A stretch of 64,000 nucleotides of DNA from the NCBI GenBank assembly GCA_964409025.1, contig CAYPBV010000002.1, positions 927 through 64,926 on the forward strand, given 5' to 3'. Shown in pieces: positions 58,001 to 64,000 of the stretch. The position numbers were made by a program, and so were the translations under genes. How positions within the stretch are numbered: the stretch's first letter is position 1; the number at the start of each line of letters is the position of its first letter. The notes beneath the pieces were generated by a model that was not told the origin of the DNA, ran no database searches, and saw nothing but the letters and a program-made list of their open reading frames with translations. The DNA is from an uncultured Chitinophagaceae bacterium. GTDB lineage: Bacteria > Bacteroidota > Bacteroidia > Chitinophagales > Chitinophagaceae.

Positions 58001-60115
58001 ATGAATCAAAAACTATCTCTGTTAGTTGTTGTTAACCTGCTTGTATGTAAGCTTTCCCTTTTCAGTCAATGTATGATTTATCCTGTATCGTTTGAGCAAA
58101 GGGTAAACGCTTCCCAAATTATTGTTCTTGGTAAAGTAACAGCACAGCAATGCTTTACACAAAAAGAAACAGGGCTTATTTTCACCCGGAATACCATTAC
58201 TGTAAATGCATGGCTTAAGGGAACAAGCCGATTAACAGAATTATCCGTGCTCACCCTTGGCGGTACGGTAGGTAATAAGTCAATGATTGCAGAACCTTCC
58301 TTACAACTTCACCCAGAGCATGAATATGTATTAATGCTGACTGAAACAAATGAAAATACCAGCACAGTACGAGACCCATCTGCGCCGGGCTTGGTACATT
58401 TTATACCTTATGCTGATGCGCAGGGGGCTTTAGAAGCACAGAATTTAATGTATTCTGACTTACTGGGAGAAAAAAATATGACAGAGGGGGAACTGTTCCA
58501 AAAAATTGAACAGTTTACCCATATGAAAGCATTGCAAATAAACGGTAAACCTTATACGCCCCGCATGCCGGTACAAATTCAAAGAACAGGGGGCATCACT
58601 TCCGTTTCCGGTTTTTCTCCAACTACAACAAACAGCGGTACAATTGTAGGGGGTGACTTTCTTACAATCAACGGCATTAATTTTGAAAGCGCCCGTGGGG
58701 CGGGGTTGGTTGCATTTAGAAATGCCGATGATGGAGGGGGTTCTTATATTGCTCCACCTGTAGCATCTGATTATGTTTCCTGGAGTGCAACTTCAATTAC
58801 AGTTAAAGTGCCTCGCAATGCAGGTACAGGTGATTTTTTTGTAAGAACAAACAGTGGTGTAGATTTTTTATCTCCCTCCAATCTTACAGTAAACTATGCA
58901 CACCTGAGCATTAATAATACGTTTTTAAACTTTTCCCAATCTACAAGACAACGATATTATTTACGCAACCTGAACAGCCAGGGAGGTTATACGTTCACTT
59001 ATAACAATACATTCTTCAGTAACCCGCAGGCCATTGCTGCATTTCAAAGAGCGGTTGTTTCCTGGCGGTGCGGTACAGGTTTTAATATCCGTACATCAAG
59101 CACTACTTCTGCCATTGCTGTTGCTGCAGACGATAACGTAAACATTGTATCGTTTGACGCTTCTTTGCCGGTGGGGGTACTGGCAAGAGCCACTTCTTAT
59201 TTTTCCGGTAGCGGCATCAACGGTGTGTGTGATTTAACAAATACCGTATGGTGGCTTGAAGAATTGGATATTGTTTTTAATAATCCGCCTGCCGCCGGTT
59301 TTACATGGGAGTTTGGCCCTGCTGCACCTTCTTCTTCTGAATTTGATTTCGAATCCGTGGCGGTACACGAAATTGGACACCTGCATGGGTTGGGTCATAT
59401 AATTGCACCCGGTCAAATTATGCATTTTGCTTTGGCCAATGGGGCTTCATCAAGAACGCTTGCAGCAAGAGACCTTGCAGCAGGTAATGCCAAAATGAGT
59501 TATTCCACAACAGCTACCTGCTTTAATCCCGCTGGAAGCGGTACGCCAATGGTTGCAATTACAACGGGTACTTGTGTTACCCTTCCTGTAACCTTAAATT
59601 TATTTGAAGGAAAAAGAGTGAACAGCTCTGCTAATAGTTTAACCTGGGTAACAGAACAGGAATTAAATAATGACGGTTTTATTTTACAAAGAAGTGATGA
59701 CGGCAGAATTTTTTCAACATTGAATTTTATAAAAGGAAAAGGCCAATCGTTTGATAAATCACATTATTCTTACACTGATGAAAAAGCAGGACCCTTTAAA
59801 CGTTATTACAGGCTGGTGCAGAAAGATTTTGACGGGAGATTGAACTATTCGTCAATCGTGGCAATCAACGGAGATAACAGTACTAAGTGGAAGATTTGGT
59901 TTAGTGGCGCTACTTTGTTTTTATACAACAGTGTTCCTCTACAGCGCCCTGCTACACTGCAGTTGTATAACTCCAACGGTCAACTTGTATTTTCAAAACC
60001 AGTTAACTCCAATTCCGTTTCTATTCCTGTTACACTTTCTTCTAAATCTGCATATACCTATCGCCTGGTTACTGATATAGAAATAATTACAGGAAAACTT
60101 AGTAATGTGTTTTAA
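58001..60115 (+). CDS. T9SS-secreted matrixin-like (metzincin) metalloprotease with an IPT/TIG domain
   Basis: HEIGHLHGLGH, Met-turn IMH, WSATSITVKVP, TLPVTL module, YYRLVQKDFDG. Confidence 0.87.
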   Translation: MNQKLSLLVVVNLLVCKLSLFSQCMIYPVSFEQRVNASQIIVLGKVTAQQCFTQKETGLIFTRNTITVNAWLKGTSRLTELSVLTLGGTVGNKSMIAEPSLQLHPEHEYVLMLTETNENTSTVRDPSAPGLVHFIPYADAQGALEAQNLMYSDLLGEKNMTEGELFQKIEQFTHMKALQINGKPYTPRMPVQIQRTGGITSVSGFSPTTTNSGTIVGGDFLTINGINFESARGAGLVAFRNADDGGGSYIAPPVASDYVSWSATSITVKVPRNAGTGDFFVRTNSGVDFLSPSNLTVNYAHLSINNTFLNFSQSTRQRYYLRNLNSQGGYTFTYNNTFFSNPQAIAAFQRAVVSWRCGTGFNIRTSSTTSAIAVAADDNVNIVSFDASLPVGVLARATSYFSGSGINGVCDLTNTVWWLEELDIVFNNPPAAGFTWEFGPAAPSSSEFDFESVAVHEIGHLHGLGHIIAPGQIMHFALANGASSRTLAARDLAAGNAKMSYSTTATCFNPAGSGTPMVAITTGTCVTLPVTLNLFEGKRVNSSANSLTWVTEQELNNDGFILQRSDDGRIFSTLNFIKGKGQSFDKSHYSYTDEKAGPFKRYYRLVQKDFDGRLNYSSIVAINGDNSTKWKIWFSGATLFLYNSVPLQRPATLQLYNSNGQLVFSKPVNSNSVSIPVTLSSKSAYTYRLVTDIEIITGKLSNVF

Positions 60116-60139
60116 ACAAGTGGGCTTACTTTTGCAGCT

Positions 60140-60868
60140 ATGTCTGCACAAAAACCTGCATTGTTTACCTGTTTATCTCCTGCGCTGCTTCATTTATATG
60201 ATTTAAAAGGAGCAGTAGTTGTTATCATTGATGTATTTCGTGCCACATCTACCATTGCCGCTGCATTGCATAACGGTGCAAGGTGTGTGATTCCGGTAGA
60301 TACTGTTCCGAAAGCCATTGCATTAAGCAGGGGCATTAACGGTATTGCTGCAGGTGAGCGTGATGGAAAAATTGCAGATGGATTGGAGCACGGCAACTCG
60401 CCTTTGGAATACCATCCTGATTTTATAAAAGACCAAACACTGGTGCTCACCACCACCAATGGTACACGTTTGCTGCAAATGGCATTGGATAACAATGCAG
60501 AAACCATCATAACAGGTTCTTTTCCCAACCTTGGAGCAATTTGTGACTTTTTAATCAAAGAAAATAAAAACGTGGTGCTGGGTTGTGCAGGCTGGAAAGA
60601 CCGTTATAATTTAGAAGATACATTGTTTGCGGGCGCTGTCATCCATCATATTAAAGAACATTTTACCATTCATTGCGACAGTTCATTAACAGCTGAGGCA
60701 ATGTATATACAACATCAGCATGATTTGGTTGGTTTTGCACCAAAGCTTACGCATTACCACCGTCTTGTGGAGCGCTTTGGTTTGATTGAGGATATTCGTT
60801 TCTGTCTTACAGAAAATGCTGCTAACGTACTGCCGTTGTACAAAGAAGGATTATTAATCAGAGGTTAA
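60140..60868 (+). CDS. comB: 2-phosphosulfolactate phosphatase family protein
   Basis: VIIDVFRATSTI, GERDG, GNSP, LTTTNGT, LED. TACTTTTG box at 60127-60134. Confidence 0.9.
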   Translation: MSAQKPALFTCLSPALLHLYDLKGAVVVIIDVFRATSTIAAALHNGARCVIPVDTVPKAIALSRGINGIAAGERDGKIADGLEHGNSPLEYHPDFIKDQTLVLTTTNGTRLLQMALDNNAETIITGSFPNLGAICDFLIKENKNVVLGCAGWKDRYNLEDTLFAGAVIHHIKEHFTIHCDSSLTAEAMYIQHQHDLVGFAPKLTHYHRLVERFGLIEDIRFCLTENAANVLPLYKEGLLIRG

Positions 60869-61002
60869 AGAAAAAACGTTAAAGGTAAGAATGTTTCATT
60901 GAATTTTTTGAGGTAAGAATTTGTTTTTATTTCTTTCGTTTTTCCAATGGAAATATGAAAGAAATGCTTTTACATTTGCCGATTGCACCATTTGCAATTG
61001 AT

Positions 61003-61037
61003 AAATCGTAATTCTTAATTCGTAAATCGTATTTCAT
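61003..61037 (+). repeat. Five degenerate heptamer repeats
   Basis: AAATCGT AATTCTT AATTCGT AAATCGT ATTTCAT immediately before TTG 61038. Confidence 0.6.
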
Positions 61038-64000
61038 TTGGCCTTACCGCATCTACTCAAATTCGCCTATAATCACGGAACGGAAGAAGTGATTCGCAGA
61101 GGAAAAAAAATTCATGCCATTGGCTTTGTAGAATTAGTGGAACATGATGAACTTATGGGCTCTGTAGTATTTCGTGTGAAAGATGATTCATACGCTACGT
61201 TTTACAAAGTGTATATTCAAAAATATAAGGACGAGCGTGCCATGAATGTACGTTGCAGTTGTCCTTACAACCTTGGCGATATTTGCAGGCATGAAGTGGC
61301 TTCGCTGTTTTATCTGCAGGATTTAATTGACAGAAATATTCTCGGCCTTAAAGATTTGGTGTACGACCAGCGACACACGGTGGTTAAAATGAAGACGATT
61401 GATTTAAAAAGCATTCGTACGCTTTCGTCGCCTGCTTCTCTTCATGATGCCGAACAATTCCTCCGCACCAATAAAGCGTCCATACTTTCTGCTAAAGATG
61501 ATATAGTAAAAGCTGAAGTAACAACAGGTGGCGAAACATGGCCGGTAACCATCAGAAGAAATGATGAACGCAATTTTGATACAAGTTGTAACTGCGGTGA
61601 AACCGAACACGCTATCTGCGAACATAAAGCTATTGTGTTTATTCAGCTGTTAAATGTTTATGGTCCTTTATATTTTGACAGCATACGCAACGTAGATAAA
61701 GAAAAAGATAAGCTGCTGGGTATTTATGGCTACAGTTTAAAAGATAACTGGCAGGATAAATTTGAATTTATTTTTAAAGATGGTAAACCCTTTCTGCGGG
61801 TACTGGACCAAACTGTAAAACGTGTAGATCCGTCCACACTTAAAAAGCCTGCACCTGTACAGGATGAATTTACGACAGCAGAAGTGGTGGTTGAAGAAGA
61901 GGTGAAAACAGGCATACGATTAGGGGTTGTATTGAATAACAATCTTAAACAGTTTCCCTATTTTACCGTTGATGTTGTAAAGGGTGAAACAGATGAAGAG
62001 GGAAGCGCCTTTACAGGTACGGTTGAAAAATTAGATGCCGGAAAATTTATTGAAACAACAGATTTAACTGAACCCGATAAACAATTACTGCAATTGATGA
62101 GAAGATTGCAGGCGGCAGAAATCAGCAAGTTTGTCAATCGCAACTCCCCCTTCTCGGGTATTTGGGAAAATATTATTCATAGTGAAGAGGATGATTTACC
62201 TGATGATACCAAGGAGTTGATTACAGATTATATGTTGCCACGCTTACAGAAATTATTTACAGAACACAACGGTCCTGTTTATTTGCTGGCAAAGGGCAAA
62301 GAGTTTAAAACAAAAAATCTTCAACCCGTTTCCTTATCTTCTACATTTCTCCATCCGTTTTTTGAATTAAAGAAAGAGGATAAAAAATGGAAATGGAGTT
62401 ATAAAGTAAAAGTAAACAGCGGCGATGCTGATGTGGCAGAAAACGAATGGAACAGTCCGCTAATTTATTTACTCAACAATGAAATGCGTACCTGGCAAAT
62501 AAAAGATGATGCGTTGCAGGCACTCCCTTTTGTTGCTGATGGAAACACCACAATAGCTCAAAAGGAATTGGAATCTTTTTTGCAGAAAGAAGCGTTACGG
62601 TTAGCAAAAGATTATCATGTTGAATTTGATCAAAGCCTGATTAAAGAGGTAAAAGCCGGTGAACCGGAAGTAACCTTACAGTTACAGGAGCGTGGTGAAT
62701 TTTTGATATTAAATCCAACCTTCAGTTATAAAGGATATAGAATTCGGTCAAATGATAAAGAAGAAATTATTTTACCACAGGACGACGGGTTGATATTGGT
62801 TCACCGCAACCGGGAAAAGGAAAACGAGTTTTTAAGTAAAGTTGAAAATTTGCATTCTCAGTTTATTCGTCCGGATGGTGGAACTCAACTCGCATTAAAA
62901 GGAACTGAAGTGTTGCGTAACAACTGGTTCTTTTTATTTGTAGATGCCATGAAGGAAATGAAGGTACCGGTGGAAGGCTGGGAAGTGTTAAAAAATTTCC
63001 GCTTCAATACTCATAAACCCAAAACGCAAATCTATATCAGTAATGGTGTCGATTGGTTTGATGCAAAAGTGGATGTGGTGTTTGGCGACCAACGTGTAAC
63101 CATAGCTGAAGTAAAGAAAGCATTGCAAAATAAACAAAGCTTTGTACAGTTACAGGATGGCACGCTGGGTGTGTTGCCCGAAGAATGGATAAAGCGTTAT
63201 TCAATGCTGTTTCGCCTGGGTGAAAATAAGCAGGAGCAGCTTCGTTTATCCAAATATCACATCAGCGTAATTGACCAGCTATATGAAACAAGAGATGAAA
63301 CAGAATTGATGATAGAGCTGGAAGAAAAGTATGAACGTTTAAGAGAGTTTAACCGTATTAAAAAAATTTCACCACCTCAGCATCTGCAACCCATTCTTCG
63401 TCCTTATCAGGAAAGTGGTTTTCACTGGCTCAACTTTTTAAGTGAAGTGGGCTGGGGAGGCATTCTGGCTGATGATATGGGTTTGGGTAAAACCATTCAG
63501 GCCTTATCCTTCCTGCATCATCTCAAAGAAAAAAACAGCAGTTTAAAAGCATTGGTAGCCTGCCCCACAACATTGATGTTTAACTGGGAAAATGAAATAA
63601 AAAAATTCACCCCGGCATTAACCTATTATATCCATCACGGTGCACAACGTACCAGAGATGTAAAATTATTTGAAGGATTTAATGTAATTATTACAACGTA
63701 TGGAACATTAAGGAGTGATATTAAACTATTTACTGAACAGCAATTTGATTATGTGATTCTGGACGAAAGCCAGGCCATCAAAAACCCGCAGAGTAAAGTG
63801 GCAAAAGCATCCTGCCTGTTAAAAGCAAAGAACCGCTTGTGTATGAGTGGTACACCGCTGCAGAACAATACGTTTGATGTGTTTGCTCAAATGAACTTTT
63901 TAAATCCGGGTATGCTGGGTAGTGTAGAACATTTCAGAAATGATTTTGCAACACCTATTGATAAGTTTGGGGAGAAAGAACAGAAAGACCACCTGCGTCG
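61038..64000 (+). CDS. SWIM zinc-finger / SNF2-family helicase, runs off the window
   Basis: TTG start MALPHLLK; SWIM motifs CSCPYNLGDICRH and CNCGETEHAICEH; LRPYQ, GGILADDMGLGKT, LDESQAIKN, MSGTPLQN. Absent from the ORF track. Confidence 0.92.
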   Translation, partial: MALPHLLKFAYNHGTEEVIRRGKKIHAIGFVELVEHDELMGSVVFRVKDDSYATFYKVYIQKYKDERAMNVRCSCPYNLGDICRHEVASLFYLQDLIDRNILGLKDLVYDQRHTVVKMKTIDLKSIRTLSSPASLHDAEQFLRTNKASILSAKDDIVKAEVTTGGETWPVTIRRNDERNFDTSCNCGETEHAICEHKAIVFIQLLNVYGPLYFDSIRNVDKEKDKLLGIYGYSLKDNWQDKFEFIFKDGKPFLRVLDQTVKRVDPSTLKKPAPVQDEFTTAEVVVEEEVKTGIRLGVVLNNNLKQFPYFTVDVVKGETDEEGSAFTGTVEKLDAGKFIETTDLTEPDKQLLQLMRRLQAAEISKFVNRNSPFSGIWENIIHSEEDDLPDDTKELITDYMLPRLQKLFTEHNGPVYLLAKGKEFKTKNLQPVSLSSTFLHPFFELKKEDKKWKWSYKVKVNSGDADVAENEWNSPLIYLLNNEMRTWQIKDDALQALPFVADGNTTIAQKELESFLQKEALRLAKDYHVEFDQSLIKEVKAGEPEVTLQLQERGEFLILNPTFSYKGYRIRSNDKEEIILPQDDGLILVHRNREKENEFLSKVENLHSQFIRPDGGTQLALKGTEVLRNNWFFLFVDAMKEMKVPVEGWEVLKNFRFNTHKPKTQIYISNGVDWFDAKVDVVFGDQRVTIAEVKKALQNKQSFVQLQDGTLGVLPEEWIKRYSMLFRLGENKQEQLRLSKYHISVIDQLYETRDETELMIELEEKYERLREFNRIKKISPPQHLQPILRPYQESGFHWLNFLSEVGWGGILADDMGLGKTIQALSFLHHLKEKNSSLKALVACPTTLMFNWENEIKKFTPALTYYIHHGAQRTRDVKLFEGFNVIITTYGTLRSDIKLFTEQQFDYVILDESQAIKNPQSKVAKASCLLKAKNRLCMSGTPLQNNTFDVFAQMNFLNPGMLGSVEHFRNDFATPIDKFGEKEQKDHLR

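Noticed and set aside
61404..62143. Minus-strand ORFs near the right end
   Set aside because: Antisense to the continuous SWIM-SNF2 reading frame.

Overview
Bacteroidota (Chitinophagaceae-like) chromosomal segment. Evidence: recurring TAnnTTTG -7 promoter boxes, A-rich start contexts, a SusC/SusD pair and T9SS cargo proteins. Housekeeping genes include pcrA/uvrD, mnmG, ybeY, nadD, asnS, rho, selU, selD, feoA, feoB, ppc and gcvT. A partial C5 DNA methyltransferase and a partial SWIM-SNF2 helicase lie at the window edges, both missing from the ORF track. Accessory modules: an AraC-linked AhpD/thioredoxin operon with a duplicated 38-bp promoter motif; a CAZyme-free SusCD-SGNH-DctA-DUF2238 locus facing a putative membrane-anchored regulator; a PadR-PspC stress locus; and a lipoprotein pair whose first signal peptide is put out of frame by a C11 tract. 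The most notable patterns are (i) several miniature palindromic or short-period repeats, two of which sit in frame inside pcrA and selU, (ii) the likely phase-variable lipoprotein, (iii) a virus-like HNH-type gene upstream of mnmG, and (iv) three unannotated small ORFs. No tRNA, rRNA, CRISPR array or transposase was seen. All family assignments come from motif recognition by eye, not from database searches.
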